A stretch of 64,000 bases of DNA, from NCBI GenBank assembly GCA_030390025.1, contig CM059432.1, positions 90,956,001 to 91,020,000 of the forward strand, read 5' to 3'. The DNA comes from Squalus acanthias (Eukaryota). Positions 1-13,288 of the stretch are shown one piece after another. The stretch's first letter is position 1. Each line of letters starts with the position of its first letter. The position numbers were made by a program, and so were the translations under genes. The notes under the pieces are model-generated. The model worked only from the letters and a program-made list of their open reading frames with translations. It did no database searches and was not told the DNA's origin.

Positions 1-480
1 GGTCTGGACATTTCCGCTCCTGGGCATCTGCTCTACGAAATGCGCAGGGCCCAGGTATGCCAGGGGCGCATGCGGTTCGCAAGCGTCCCTGGGATCACGT
101 GGGCCATGGGGAACCAATGGGAGAAGGAAATCCCCCTTCATACTTTTAACAGATCTCTCAGCTTAGACCCGTCAAAAGTATGAATGGAGATCACTCCAAA
201 AACACATCAAAACATTAAATAATTTTTTTTTTAAATCACGTTTTTAAAATTAGTTAAAATTACATTAAATTAAATATTCTAAACAAAAATTTAATTTTTT
301 ACCAGGCGTAAGATTTTTAAAGGATTTCAGCGGGCGGACGTTCTGCAGAAAGCGGAACATTCCACCCGCAGAGGCCCTTCTCCAGGGCAGGCGTGTGATC
401 TGTCAAGAGGCTTCGCATGCCTGAAACCGGCACTTGCGACACAGCTCGTACACACCCTTCGGGATCGGAAAATATGGGCC
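1..480. mobile_element. Right part of a Harbinger-like MITE (same family as 11975-12496 and 62324-63086)
   Basis: Shares 'ccaggggcgca...aagcgtccc(c)tgggatcacgtgggccatgg' with 62467-62518, followed by an internal hairpin and an AT-rich tract. It ends in 'aaaatatgggcc', like the end at 12496. Confidence 0.65.
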
Positions 481-584
481 AATAATTTGCTTTCCCACCT
501 CGCATTCCTAAATATCCCGAAAATAAGCACAAGTGATTGTCTTGAACAATAATGGAGCAAAAGATTGAGCTTTCGCATGGGACT

Positions 585-3500
585 CTTAGAATTACGTAGA
601 ATATACAGCACAGAAATAGGCCTTTCGGCCCAATGAGTCCATGCTGGCGTTTATGCTCCACCTGAGCCTCCTCCCATCCTTCCTCATCTAACTCGATCAG
701 CGTAACTCTCTATTTCCTTCTCCCTCAACATTCACCTCAACAACTCCCTGTGGTAGCGAGTTCTACATTCTGACCACTCTCTGGGTAAAGAAGTTTCTTG
801 TGAATTCCCTATTTGATTTCTTGATGACTATCTCATATTGATGGCCTCTAGTTTTGCTCTGCCCCACAAGGGGAAACACTTTCTCTGTGTCTACTCTATC
901 TAAACCTTTCATAATTTTAAAGACCTCTATTAGGTCACCCCTCAGTCTTCGCTTTTTAAGAAAAAAAAATCCAGCCTGTTCATCCTTTCCTGATAGGTAC
1001 ACCCTTGCATTTCTAGTATCATCCTTATAAATCTTTTTTGCACCATCTCTTGTGCCTCGATATCCTTTTTATAATATGGGAACCAGAACTATACACAGTA
1101 CTCCAAGTGTGGTCTAACCAAGGTTCGATACAAGTTCAGCATAACTACTCTACTTTTCAATTCTATCGCTCTGGAATTAAACCCGAGTGCTTGGTTTGCT
1201 TTTTTTATGGCCTTATTAACCTGCGTCGCTACTTTTAGTGATTTGTGTATTTGTACACCCAGATCCCTTTGCTCCTCTACCCCATTTAGATCTTATTTTC
1301 CAAGTGTTATGTGACCTCCTTATTTTTCTTACCAAAATGTAATACCTCACACTTATCTGTGTTGAAATTCATTTGTCAATTATATGCCCATTCTGCAAGT
1401 TTATTAATGTCTTCTTGTAATTTGTTGCAGTCCTCCTCAGTATTGATGATCCCCCCTCCCACCACCCACAATTTGATGTCATCCGCAAATTTAGAAATTG
1501 TGTTTTTGATTACAAAGTCTAAATAGTTAATATAAATTGTGAATAACAGTGATCCCAGCATTGATCATTGTGGGACCCCACTTTCTACCTTCTGCCACTC
1601 TGAATAGCTACCCTTTACCCCTACTCTCTGCTTTCTGTCTTGCAGCCAAATAACTATCCATTCTGCTAATTGTCCCCTGACTCCGCATGCTCTAACCTAA
1701 TTCGTTAGTCTATTATCTGGCATCTTTTCGAAGGATTTTTAGAAATCTAGATAAATTACATCTATTGCATTACCCTTGTCTACTCGCTCAATTCAAGGAG
1801 GTTGGTCATGGAAGAATTTCCCTTTTGAAATCCATGCTGACTATTCATTATTATATTTTTGGTTTCTAGATTTTTTTAAATTTCTCCTTTAGTAGGCATT
1901 CCATTGGTTTTCCTACCACCGATGTTAAGCTGACTGGCCTATAGTTCCCTGGACATGTTCTATCTCCCTTCTTAAATATAGGTATTACGTTAGCTATGCT
2001 CCAGTCCTCTGGCACTACACCTTTATCTAACAAATTATTAAATATGTGTTATAGTGCCTCTACTATCTCTTCTCCAGATTCTTTTAAAATGCGTGGATGC
2101 AATCAGTCTCAACTAGGGGTATTATCCTCTTTGAGTTTGAGTAGTTTATATACTATTTCTCGTCTTTTTATTTTAAATGTGGTTGTATGATTTCTAATCT
2201 CATTTTGCGATGCCATGTCCACCTGATCTGTCTCCCTGGTAACTACTGAAGCAAAGTAATTGTTTAATATTTCTGCCATTTCGCTATCAGTGCCTGTGAA
2301 TTTATTCTTTCCATCACTTAGTGGCCCTATTCCCATCCTGACTTTCCTTTTTTGATTTATGTGCCTGTAGAGTATTTTACTATTTCATTTTATGTTCCTT
2401 CATAATTTAATTTCATAAGAACATAAGAAATAGGAGCAGGAGTAGGCCATACGGCCCCTCAAGCCTGCTCCACCATTCAATAAGATCATGGCTGAACTTC
2501 TACATCAACTCCACTTTCCCGCCCTATCCCCATATCCCTTGATTCCCTTAGTGCCCAAAAATCTAGCGATCTCTGTCTTAAATATACTCATCAACTGAGC
2601 ACCCACAACCCTCTGGGGTAGAGAATTCCAAACATTTGCAACCCTCTAAGTGAAGAAATTCCTCCTCACCTCAGTCCTAAATGGCTGACCCCTTATCCTG
2701 AGACTATGACCCCTAGTTCTAGACTCTCCAGCCAGGGGAAACAGCCTCTCAGTATCTACCCTATCAAGCCCTTTAAGAATTTTATACGTTTCAATGAGAT
2801 CACCTCTCATTCTTCAAAACTCCAGAGAATATAGGCCTATTCTGCTCAATCTCTTCTCATCCCAGGAATCAATCGAGTGAACATTTGAGCACCCCTTCCA
2901 AGGCAAGTATATAATTTCTTAGGTAAGGAGACCTTACTAGATTTTTTTTTAATTTTCCCATTTAGTAGGCATTCGATTAGTTTTCCTACCACCAATGTTA
3001 AGCTGACTGGCCTATAGTTCCCTGGACATGTGCTATCTCCCTTCTTAAATATAGGTATAACGTTAACTATGCTCCAGTCCTCTGGCACTACACCTTTATC
3101 TGTACACAGTACTCCAGATGTGGTCTCACCAAAGCCCTACATAATTGTAGCATGACTTCCTTACTCTTATACTCCAACCCCCTTGCAATAAAGGCTAACG
3201 TATCATTTGCCTTCCTAATTGCTTGCTGTTACTCTTTGCCTTCCTAATTATTTTTTGACTTCTCTCCTAATCTCTTTGTATTCTCCCTTGTCATGCTCTC
3301 CCCTGCTGTCCATGTACTTAGTGTATGCTTCTTTCCTTACCCTCAATTTTTCCCTTATGTCTTTATTCATCCATGGTGTCTCATTACTGTTTAGTTTGTT
3401 CTTGTTTTTTAGCAGAATATATTTATCCTGGACTCTGTTAAACATCATTTTAAATGTTTCTCATTGCTGTTCTATTTCATTGTTTGCCAATATTGTAGCC

Positions 3501-4600
3501 TATTTTATTTTCCCAAGTTCTATTCTCAGCCCCTCAAAATCGGCTTGTCTCCAATCTATTATCCTGGTCTTTGTCATGCTTATCTCCTTCTCAATTATTA
3601 TCTTACTGTGCATTATATTATGGTCACTATTGCCTAGATGTTCCCCTACTTTTACTATGCTTATCTGCTCTGGTTCATTCCCCATTACTATATCTAGTAG
3701 TGAATCCTCCATTGGTGGGATTCTTACATACTGAGTTAGAAAGGAGTCCTGTGCACATTGCAGGAACTCCATTTACCTACATTTATCCCCTTTACCTACC
3801 TCTTCCAGCCAATTAATTTCAGGTTGGTTGAAATCCCCCATGACTATTCTGTTTTTTACTCATTTCCCTAATTTGTTTGCATATTTTTCCTCCACCTCCC
3901 TTCCACTATTAGGTGGTCTGTAGACTACCCCTATTAGTGTGATTGATCCTTTATCTCGATCTATTTCTGTTTCACTGATGCTGTGTCACTTTTTTCTACT
4001 ACCATTATGTTATCTCTAATAAGTACAGCTACTCCACCTCCCCTTTTTCCCTTTCTATTTTTTCTAAATATGTTATACCCTGCAATGTTTAATTCCCAGT
4101 CCTGAATTTTCTGTAGCCAGGTCTCAGTAATCCCTACTATATCTAGTTCCTCATAACATATTATTGCCTCCAGTTCCCATTTTAATACATACACCTTGTG
4201 CATTGCTGTACAGAGAGTTTAACTCATTTTTAATAGCAGTTCCTCTCACTTTATTTTTAAACATCTTTTTATACTCCTGTTCTATAACTCTCTTTATTCT
4301 CTGGCTATCTACCTCCTCCCTTAGTTTAGTCTGTCCTATGCTCTCCTTTCCTGTTTCATTTATATTTAGGCTTCTTTCATTTCTTGTAGATCCCTCCCCT
4401 ATCTTAGTAGTTTAAAGCCTTTGCCACCTCCCTATTTACCCTTTCCGCTAGGACACTGGTCCCAATCCAGTTCAATTACAGCCCGTCCCATCGGTACAGT
4501 TCCTTCCTGCCCCAGTACTGGTGCCAGTGTCCTATGAAAAGGAGCCCCTCTTTCCCACACCAGCCCTTTAGCGATGTGTTAATTCTCCTGATTGGTCTGT
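585..4600 (-). mobile_element. CR1 LINE, degenerate (ORF1 esterase end, APE endonuclease, RT, 3' tail), interrupted at 2417-3230
   Basis: Minus-strand fragments read DIVGITETW/GGGVAVLI (APE, 3961-4203), HLGNSDHN (3500-3772), ISKFADDIKL (1376-1561) and RRLRGDLIEVFKIMKG...FFTQRVV (763-1002). Region 4411-4600 reads GHWHQYWGRKELYRWDGL..., typical of the SGNH-esterase ORF1 C-terminus. Many stops and frameshifts. Confidence 0.9.
2417..3230 (-). mobile_element. Nested 5'-truncated CR1 3' end (itself interrupted at ~2933-3100)
   Basis: Starts with the reverse complement of a CR1 tail, 'taagaacataagaaataggagcaggagtaggcc'. The host CR1 resumes at ~3231. Confidence 0.8.
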
Positions 4601-4604
4601 CTCT

Positions 4605-5120
4605 GTGCCAGATTTCCGCCCCTGCCACAGTACCAAAACGGCTCTTATCAAAGTCACAAATGACATCCTATGTGACTGTAACAAAGGTAAGCTACCCCTC
4701 CTCGTCCTTCTCGACCTGTCTGCAACCAATGACACGGTTGACCATCCTCTTCCAACGCCTCCACTGTCGTCCAGCTGGGTGGGGCTGTTCTCGCCTGGTT
4801 CCATTCTTATCTATCTAATCGTAGCCAGAGAATAAACTGCAATGGCTTCTCTTCCCGCTTCCGCACCGTTACCTCTGGTATCCCCCAAGGATCTATCCTT
4901 GGCCCCCTCCTATTTTTCATCTACATGCTGCCCCTCAGAGACATCATCTGAAAACACAGCATCAGTTTCCACATGTTCGCTGACGACACCCAGCTCTACC
5001 TTACCACCACCTCTCTCAACCCCTCCACTATCTCTAAATTGTCCAACTGCTTCTCCAACATCCAGTACTGCATGAGCAGAAATTTCCTCCCAACTAAAAA
5101 TTGGGAAGACCGAAGCCAAT
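4605..5120 (+). mobile_element. L2 LINE RT fragment
   Basis: Reads FRPCHSTKTALIKVTNDIL and HMFADDTQLY, and is nearly collinear with 10650-11155. It is cut at 5120 by a Harbinger terminus. Confidence 0.85.
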
Positions 5121-5182
5121 GGGCTAAAAATTCGATTGTCTAGTGGCCATTGTTTGGGTGCTACGGGTGCAGTTGTGGGATG

Positions 5183-7000
5183 TCAAAATCAACACAAAGA
5201 ATTTTTACAATTATATTTGGAAAAAGAGGGTGGTCAGGAACAATGTTGGCCCCTTGAAAACTGATATCGGTGATATTTTCAATGATAATAAGGAAATGGC
5301 GGACCTGTTGAATAATTACTTTGCGTCAGTATTACAGTAGAGGAAGAGGATAACATGCTGGAAATCCCAAGGAAACTGATATTGAATCAGGGACAGGGAT
5401 TCAATAAAATTAATGTAAGCAAAATAACAGTAATGAAGAAATAATGGCACTAAAGACTGACAAATCCCCAGGACCAGATGGTTTCCATCCCAGGGCTTTA
5501 AAGGAAGTAGGTGAGCACACTGCAGATATCCTAACTATAATCTTCCAAAGTTCCCTCGATTCAGGAACCGTCCCCTTAGATTGGAAAATTGCTCCTGTCG
5601 CTCTGCTATTTAAGAATGACGAGAGAGGGAAACCAGGGAATTATAGACAAGTTAGCCTAACATCTGTTGTCGTGAAATTACTAGAGTTCATAATTAAGGA
5701 TAGGGTGACTGAACATCTTGAAAATTTTCAGCTGATCAGAGAGAGCTAGCATGGATTTGTGAAAGGTAGGTCATGCCTGACAAACCTGATTAAATTTTTT
5801 GAAGAAGTGACTAAAGTAGTGGACAGGAGAATATCTATGTGTGTTATTTATATGGACTTCCAGAAGGCATTTGATAAAGTCTCTTATAAGAGACTGTTAA
5901 CTAAGGTTGAAGCCCATGGAATTAAAGGCAAATTATTGACCTGGTTAGGAAATTGGTTGAGCGGCAGGAGGCAGAGAGTAGGGATAATGGGTAGGTACTC
6001 TAATTGGCAAGATCTGACTAGTGTGTCCCGCAGGGATCTGTGTTGGGGCCTCAACTATTCACTGCATTTATTAATGACTTAGATGATGGCATAGAAAGCC
6101 ATAAATTCAAATTTGCCGATGACACAAAGATAGGCAGCATTGTAGGCAGTGTAGATGACAGTATAAAATTACAAAGGGATATTGATAGATTAAGTGAATG
6201 GGCAAAACTGTGGCAAATGGATTTCAATGTAGGCAAATGTGAGGTCATCCACTTTGGACCTAAAAAGGATAGAACAGGGTACTTTCTAAATGGTGAAAAG
6301 CTAAAAACTGTGGAGGTCCAAAGAGACTTGGGGGTCCAGGTTCATAGATCATTAAAATGACATGAACAGGTACAGAAAATAATCAAAAAGGTTAATGGAA
6401 CGCCAGCCTTTATATCTAGAGGACTAGGATACAAGGGGGTAGAAGTTATGCTGCAGCTATACAAAGCCCTGGTTAGACCACACCTGGAGTACTGTGAGCA
6501 GTTCTGGGCACCACACCTTAGGAAGGATCTACTGGCCTTGGAGGGAGTGCAGTGTAGATTTACCAGAATGATACCCGGACTCCAAGGTTTAAATTATAAG
6601 GAGAAATTACACAAATTAGGGTTGTATTCCCTAGAATTTAGAAGGTTAAGGGGTGATTTGATCAAAGTTTTCAAGATATTAAAGGGAACCGATAGGGTAG
6701 GTAGAGAGAAACTATTTCTGCTGGTTGGGGAGTCGAGGACTAGGGGGCATAGACTAAAAATTATAGCCAGACCTTTCAGGAGTGAAATTAGGAAACACTT
6801 CTACACACAAATGGCAATTAATGCTAGAACAATTGTTAATTTTAAATTTAAAGATGGATAGATTTTTGTTAACTAAAGTATTAAGGGATACGGGCCAAAG
6901 GCAGGTATATGGAGTTAGGTCACAGATCAGCCATGATCTCATTGAATGGTGGAACAGGCTCGAGGGGCTAAATGGCCCACTCCTGTTCTTATGTCCCTAT
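5183..7000 (+). mobile_element. CR1 LINE, 5'-truncated, nested in a Harbinger subterminal region
   Basis: Reads KSPGPDGFHPR, GNYRQVSLTS, YMDFQKAFDKV, KFADDTK and [13 protein letters not shown], and ends in the CR1 3' tail 'cctgttcttatgtccctat'. Confidence 0.92.
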
Positions 7001-7393
7001 GAAAATGGCGTCCGAGCCGTGCACGCACACTTCTGGCGCCATTTTGGTAAGGGCATTAGCATCGGCGCTGGGAGCATGCACCAAAAGTATGTAATGCTGA
7101 TTTGACGCCAGCGCTGCCATTTTTGTCCTCAATGCTGGAACTAATGCCCTGTGTTAACCTCGCACAGCTGAACATGCATTCAGCAGCTACAAGGATCCAC
7201 TACCAGCGCTATTTAAAGGGATCATCACCTACTTTCAGGGTAGTTGCTCATTAATTTCTGCTGATACTGTGTAAGTTTGTGGAAGTATTTGGAGCTTTCC
7301 ATAGTTGTTTAAAGTTGGTGAGTGACAAGGAGTGGTGCTGCAAGTGGAGAAGGCCTTGGTTCTGACTTCTGGTGAGACCACTTGCTCCTAGTC

Positions 7394-8539
7394 ACGGGTG
7401 CTCTATTTTTCATCCCCCTTGGCCTGCAGCATGACAAGGAGATGGAGAAAAGGCAGCAAAGAAAAGGACAAGCTGCAGAGGGAGGAGGAGGGGGGGAAGG
7501 ATTCTCAGCAGGAGGCTTTAATCAGCTAGGGTCTTCCAAGAGCAATTATCTTACCTCAACCTGAGCCAGGAGCAGTGTGTGAGGCTTCTGCGCTTTATGA
7601 AGGAGGTGCTCACAGAATTCTGTCACCTCCTGCAACCAGACCTCACACCAGGGCAAGGACAGCGCTGCCAGTGGCTGTGAAGGTGACCGTGGCCCTGAAT
7701 TTCTTTGCGTTGGGATCCTTCCAGACTGGAGCAGGCAACATCTGTAACATCTCCCGGTTCGCAATCCACTGATGCATAAGGGTGGTGACAGGTGCTCTTT
7801 TTGCCAGGAGAGGGGATTTTATAGTCTTCTCTCTGACCAGAGAGAAGCAGGCAGAGTGCACACGTGGCTTTGCCAGGATAGCGGGCTTTCCCATGGTGCA
7901 GGGCGCCATCGACTGCACGCACATGGCTTTGCGGGTGCCGCATCTAAATGCTGAGATGTAACTCAACAGCAATGCTTAACACTCACTGAATGTGCAGTTG
8001 GTGTGCGACCATGCTCAGCATATCATGATGGTGAATGCCCAGTATCCTGGCAGCAGTCATGATGCTTTTATTCTGCGCCTGTCCGCTGTTCCCTCAGTCT
8101 TTGAGCCACCAAGATAAACCAGAGGGTGGCTACTGGACGACAAGGGCTATCCGCTAACCACCTGGCTCATGACTCCGCTCCTCAACCCAACCACACGTGG
8201 GCAGCATGCATACAATGAGAGCCATGCTGCCACACGGAATCTGATAGAGCAGACCATTGGCGTCCTTAAATAATGCTTCCTCTGCCTGGAGGAACCCTGC
8301 AGTACTCACCAGAACAGGTTTCATGATTCGTCGTGGTCTGCTGCATGCTCCACAACCTCGTCATTATGAGGGCACAGCACTTGCCACCAGGCATACGGCG
8401 ACCAGCTGAGGAGGAGGAAGAGGAGGAGGAGGACGCATAAGAGGAGGAAGCAGAAGAGGAGGAGGAAGCGGAAGGGAGGAGGCAACCCAGACAGCTCCTT
8501 TCTATCCGTGATCGACTCATCCGACTGCGGTACCAGTGA
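7394..8539 (+). pseudogene. Harbinger (HARBI1-like) DDE transposase pseudogene
   Basis: Reads [62 protein letters not shown] and an acidic tail ending RDRLIRLRYQ*. The start codon is mutated to ACG, and there are stops and frameshifts. Confidence 0.9.
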
Positions 8540-8719
8540 ACGCAACCCCAATTCCTCTTTTAACAATAGTCCCACACCTTCCCTTCCCTCTGTTACTGAC
8601 CATCACAGCGTCCTATTGGCAACTACGCTACAATAAAAACCACCACAAAAGAAACATTCCAATCCAACTTTATCCATCAATCAATCCAATATTACCTAAC
8701 AAAATCAACTAATCACCCT

Positions 8720-10351
8720 TGTGCATTCCCTTGGTGCCTGTCTTCAGTGAGCCTTCGCCTGTCCGACTGCTCCTACGAAGTGCTACCCCAGTGACTGCAG
8801 CATGGCTGGTAGAAGGCTGATGACTTTCAGTGGGAGAGACTGTACATGGCCTTTCAGGATGACCTCGAGCACATCTGGGCCTAGAAGGCTAGGCTGCAGA
8901 CTGCACCACCTCAGCATAGGCGGCAGCAGTCTTTGCTGGCTGGCTAACGGGCAACAGCAAGGACACTGGCCAAGTGGCATTGGTAGTTGTTCCACGCAGC
9001 CACTGCCACTCCCCCAGGGCGGCGCCTCAGCAATCCTAGTAATCTGTTGAAGGACAGATTGCTGGGCTGCTGTAACACCCAGCAAGCCCCTTTCCACACT
9101 GGTAAACACAGCCACAATGGCTGCAGTCTGATCTTGCATGACAGAAGTCTGAGCTTCCATTGCAGCACTCAGACGTTGGGTGGCTTCTGCTTGTGCTACA
9201 ATGGAAGCTGAGACATCAGCCATTAGACGCTACATCATGGTTGGGTCCACAAGTGTGCGAATTGATCTGCCCACCCCTTCCATGCTGGAAATTCTGGGCT
9301 CCAAGCTCTGCGCAAAGCCCTGTGTAAGGTTGCTGCCAGACTCCTCCATGCTCCTTAACATTGCACTCAGGCTTTCTGGCAAGCCTGCCAATGCACAAAG
9401 CATTTCGTTGTGCATACCCATCAACGTTATTCTGTAGGCCACCCCATCAAAGTCCTCATCGGAGTCTTCTGCAGCAGAACTTGTGTGTGACCTCACCCTC
9501 CGGGGAGCTGGCACCTGTGCTGCCCTTTTCCCCTGCTCTGGCTGCAGCCCATTCGTGCCCAGTGACTCACCACGTACAGATCCCACCTCTAAGCTACCCT
9601 CTAAACTCTGCGCAGTGCTAGTATCTAAGCTGGTGGCTGCGGCTGTCAGATCGAGTGACGGCGTCTCTTCTTCTTCATCACTCTCCTCTCCCTCTTCTTC
9701 TTGAAACACTAGCTGGGCAGGATGCATTTCTTGGGTCTCTGATATGAGAAAGGCACAAGGGTAGAGTTGTGGTGAGGGGAGCGGGGCGAAAGCAAGAGGT
9801 GCGTGCTTACACCAAGGATAGATTGTAAATCAGAAGAGATTGTGGGTGAGGGGGAAGTGGGATGTGAGAAGGAGGATAAAGTATGAGGATACCGGCATCT
9901 TGTATGCTTTCAGCCCTGCTCCAGGCATGGGCCCAGCAAGGCCCCTCCCAAGAATGGCCAGAACCGTCTCCTCCATGGGGGTGAGGTTAAGCAGGTGAGC
10001 CTGTCCCCGCCAGTTAGGTTCTGCTGGCGCCGGTTATGCACCATCTTTTCCTGCAAGAGAAAGGGAAGTGCATCAGTGGGAGTGATGTAATGTGTTTGGG
10101 TGATGTGCCTGTCATGGTGGAATAGCTGGCAGTGTTTGCGAGCTGTAAGATGTGGATGTGAGGCTTGCAGCAGTAGTCAGGTTGTGAGGGTGAAGTGAAG
10201 CTATAAATGTGAGGGATGAGTCATGATTGCTAGAGATTGTTGGTAGGTGAGTGATGGGGGTGTGGTGCGTTGAGCAGTGTGTGAGGCTAGTCGTGCAAAT
10301 GGTGGGATATGGCATTTGAAGATGAATTCACTGACCTTGACCACTTGTGAG
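8720..10351 (-). pseudogene. Harbinger Myb/SANT-like accessory gene, spliced, pseudogene (exon 1 mostly lost)
   Basis: Exon remnants at 10351-10336, 10050-9893 and 9738 onward have GT/AG edges. The acidic and coiled-coil ORFs 9230-9727 and 8783-9223 are homologous to 14776-15523. Confidence 0.75.
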
Positions 10352-10424
10352 CCAGGTCCTCCTATCAGAAAGGAGGATTCTCTGAAAACTGCTGACCACC
10401 CAACTTCCTTTTCTGACTCCCATG

Positions 10425-11973
10425 TTAGTTATATTGTTAACGGTTCTATCTCCTCAGGTACTGTCCCCCTCTCCCTCAAATCTGCCATCATCACCCCCTC
10501 CTCAAAAAGCCAACTCTTGATCCCTCCGTCCTTGCAAACTACCGCCCCATCTCCAATCTCCCTTTCCTCTCCAAAGTCCTTGAACCTGTTGTCGCCTCCC
10601 AAATCTGTGCCCATCTTTCCTGCAATTCCATGTTTGAATCCCTCCAATCAGGTTTTCGCCCTTGCCACAGTACCGAAACAGCTCTCATCAAAGTCACAAA
10701 TGACATCCTTTGTGGCTGTGACAAAGGTAAACTATCCCTCCTTGTCCTTCTTGACTCTCTGACACGGTTGACCACTCCATCCTTCTCCAACGCCTCTCCA
10801 CCGTCGTCCAGCTGGGTGGGACTGCTCGCGCCTGGTTCCATTCTTATCTATCTAATAATAACCAGAGAATCACCTGCAACGGCTTCTCTTCCCGCTCCCG
10901 CATCGTTACCTCTGGTGTCCCCCAAGGATCTATCCTTGGTCCCCTCCTATTTCTCATCTACATGTTGCCCCTTGGTGACATCATCCGAAAACACAGCGTC
11001 AGTTTCCACATGTATGCTGACGACACCCAGCTCTACCACACTACCTCTTCTCTTGACCCATCCACGGTGTCTAAATTGTCAGACTGCTTGTCCGACATAC
11101 AGTTCTGGGTGAGCAGAAATTTTCTCCAATTAAATATTGGGAAGACCGAAGCCATTGTTTTCGGTCCCCTCCACAAACTCCGTTCCCTAGCCACTGACTC
11201 CATCCCTCTCCCTAACATCTGTCTGAGGCTGAACCACATTGTTCGCAACCTTGGTGTCATATTTGACCCTGAAATGAGCTTCTGACATATCCGCAGCATA
11301 ACAAAGGCCGCCTACTTCCACCTCCGTAACATCGCCCGTCTCCGCCCTTGCCTCAGCTCATCCGCTGCTGAAACCCTCATCCATGCCTTTGTTACCTCTA
11401 GACTTGACTATTCCAACGCACTCCTGGCCGGCCTCCCACATTCTACCCTACGTAAACTTGAGGTCATCCAAAACTCGGCTGCCCGTGTCCTAACTCGCAC
11501 CAAGTCCCGTTCGCCCATCTCCCCTGTGATCGCTGACCTACATTGGCTGCTGGTTAAGCAGCGCCTCGATTTCAAAATTCTCATCCTTGTTTTCAAATCT
11601 CTCCATGGCCTCGCCCCTTCCTATCTCTGTAATCTCCTTCAGCCCCACAACCCCTGAGATATCTGCGCTCCTCTAATTCTGCCCTCTTGAGCATCCCTGA
11701 TTATAATCGCTCAACCCTTGGTGGCCGTGCCTTCTGTTGCCTCTGCCCTAAGCTCTGGAATTCCCTGCCTAAACCACTCCGCCTCGCTACCTCTCTTTCC
11801 TCCTTTAAGACGCTCCTTAAAACCTACCTCTTTGACCAAGCTTTTGGTCACCTGCCCTAATTTATCCTTATGTGGCTCGGTGTCAAATTTTTTGTCTTAA
11901 AATACTCGTGTCCAGCGCCTTGGGACGTTTTACTACGTTAAAGGTGCTATATAAATACAAGTTGTTGTTGTTG
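10425..11973 (+). mobile_element. L2 LINE, 5'-truncated with intact 3' end
   Basis: Reads [36 protein letters not shown] and LHWLLVKQRLDFKIL, and ends in 'gctatataaatacaag(ttg)n'. Confidence 0.92.
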
Positions 11974-11974
11974 A

Positions 11975-12496
11975 TTCCTCATATGCTTATGGGAATTCCA
12001 TGTACAAACGGAATCCCCATAAGCATGAACCCAATCCCCAATAATTTACACAACTGGAATAAAAATAAATGTTCCCATTTTCAAATTTAATTAAAAGTCC
12101 CTTTAATGAAGAATTTACAATAAAAATTAAATTTTTTGAAAAATAATTTTGAACATTTTAATCCGGGCCAAAATTTAGATAAACTAATTTTAAATGTTTG
12201 TGGATGATTTTTTATTTTTAAATTTTAAATTTAACATTTATATTAACCCTTACGCTGGTGAAAGCAGGCCCTATGTCTGCTTTTACCAGGTGTAAGAGTT
12301 TTGTGGGCAGTAGTTGGGAAAATAGCCCAACTTTGCGCCAGCGAAAGTGATTTTTGGGTCGGTTCATATCATCTGTCAAGGCGAACCTTGACAGAGCACA
12401 AGTTCCGGGTTTTCATGCATGCGCAGCGCATGCGGAAACCTGGAACTTGCAGGGCCTTTCAGCATACGCCGTCATCGGTCCTGCAAAATCTGGGCC
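11975..12496. mobile_element. Right part of a Harbinger-like MITE
   Basis: Internal hairpin, AT-rich tract, the palindrome 'ttccgggttttcatgcatgcgcagcgcatgcggaaacctggaa' and the end 'aaaatctgggcc' parallel 62545-63086 and 1-480. Confidence 0.6.
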
Positions 12497-12707
12497 AATG
12501 TTACTCTTGTAAAGAAATAATAATAATATACATTTTGGTATTTGAGATGACACTTAGACCTAAGGGTTCATTCATCAGATCAAAAGAGAAAGATTCAAGG
12601 TGAGGTACTTGATGGTTTCAGTGAAGATATTGCTCCTGATTAAATCATAGTGGTGCAAGCATTTTTTTAAATGACTGCAATCTCAGAATCAGAATATTGT
12701 TTCACAG

Positions 12708-12801
12708 CCGTTTACAGGAAACCATTGAAGCTTTGAGTCAAGAATTGAAGAAGGTGAGAGCTGAGTTAGAAGAAAAGAAAAATGAAACAGAACAAATCTG
12801 G
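12708..12801 (+). CDS. Host gene internal coding exon (coiled-coil protein): RLQETIEALSQELKKVRAELEEKKNETEQIW
   Basis: Acceptor 'tgtttcacag' and donor 'G|gtatgt'. Open frame with heptad-like composition that ends in phase 0, matching the next exon. An alternative acceptor at 12717 is possible. Confidence 0.75.
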
Positions 12802-13217
12802 GTATGTAAGATAAACCCTATTATTTTCATTATGTAGATTTTTTTACATACAGTGATACTTGTTACTGTTTTTGCAGTACTTAGCAATAATCTACATTAT
12901 CCCATGTGCACTTCTCAAAATCTGTTCAATTCTCTTATATTTCATAAACCAAAGCTGAGTGAGTTATTAGCAACTCCAGTGTATTCTTATTTTTCACATG
13001 AATAAACATAGCTATTGTGTAACTAGTTCCAGTTACAAGATGTAGATGGTTAACAAAATTCCATTTTTACTAAGTTCTTTGGCAAAAAATTTTGTTTGAG
13101 AAATAAACATTACTGAAATTATGTATACTGTCTTTGTTTCCCCTTACATGCATAGCACTTGATAAGCTATGGTAGTTTGAATATTCAATGCATATGACCT
13201 TCTATTCTATTAAATAG

Positions 13218-13288
13218 GCATTACAGAGTAATTCTGCCAGTCAGCAGATACTGCTCAATCAGCTCAGAGGTCGTCTGGAAGATCAAGA
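13218..13288 (+). CDS. Host gene coding exon: ALQSNSASQQILLNQLRGRLEDQ(E)
   Basis: Acceptor 'ttctattaaatag' and consensus donor 'GA|gtaagt'. Starts in phase 0 and ends in phase 2. Confidence 0.75.

Larger units (their letters stand above)
5121..10351 (+). mobile_element. PIF/Harbinger DNA transposon (autonomous-type layout, decayed; right end lost; CR1 inserted at ~5183-7000)
   Basis: Left TIR 'gggctaaaaattcg' at 5121. Sequence 5121-5182 joined to 7001 onward aligns with the reverse complement of the element end at ~23230-23330. Contains a + strand transposase and a convergent - strand Myb gene. Confidence 0.85.
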
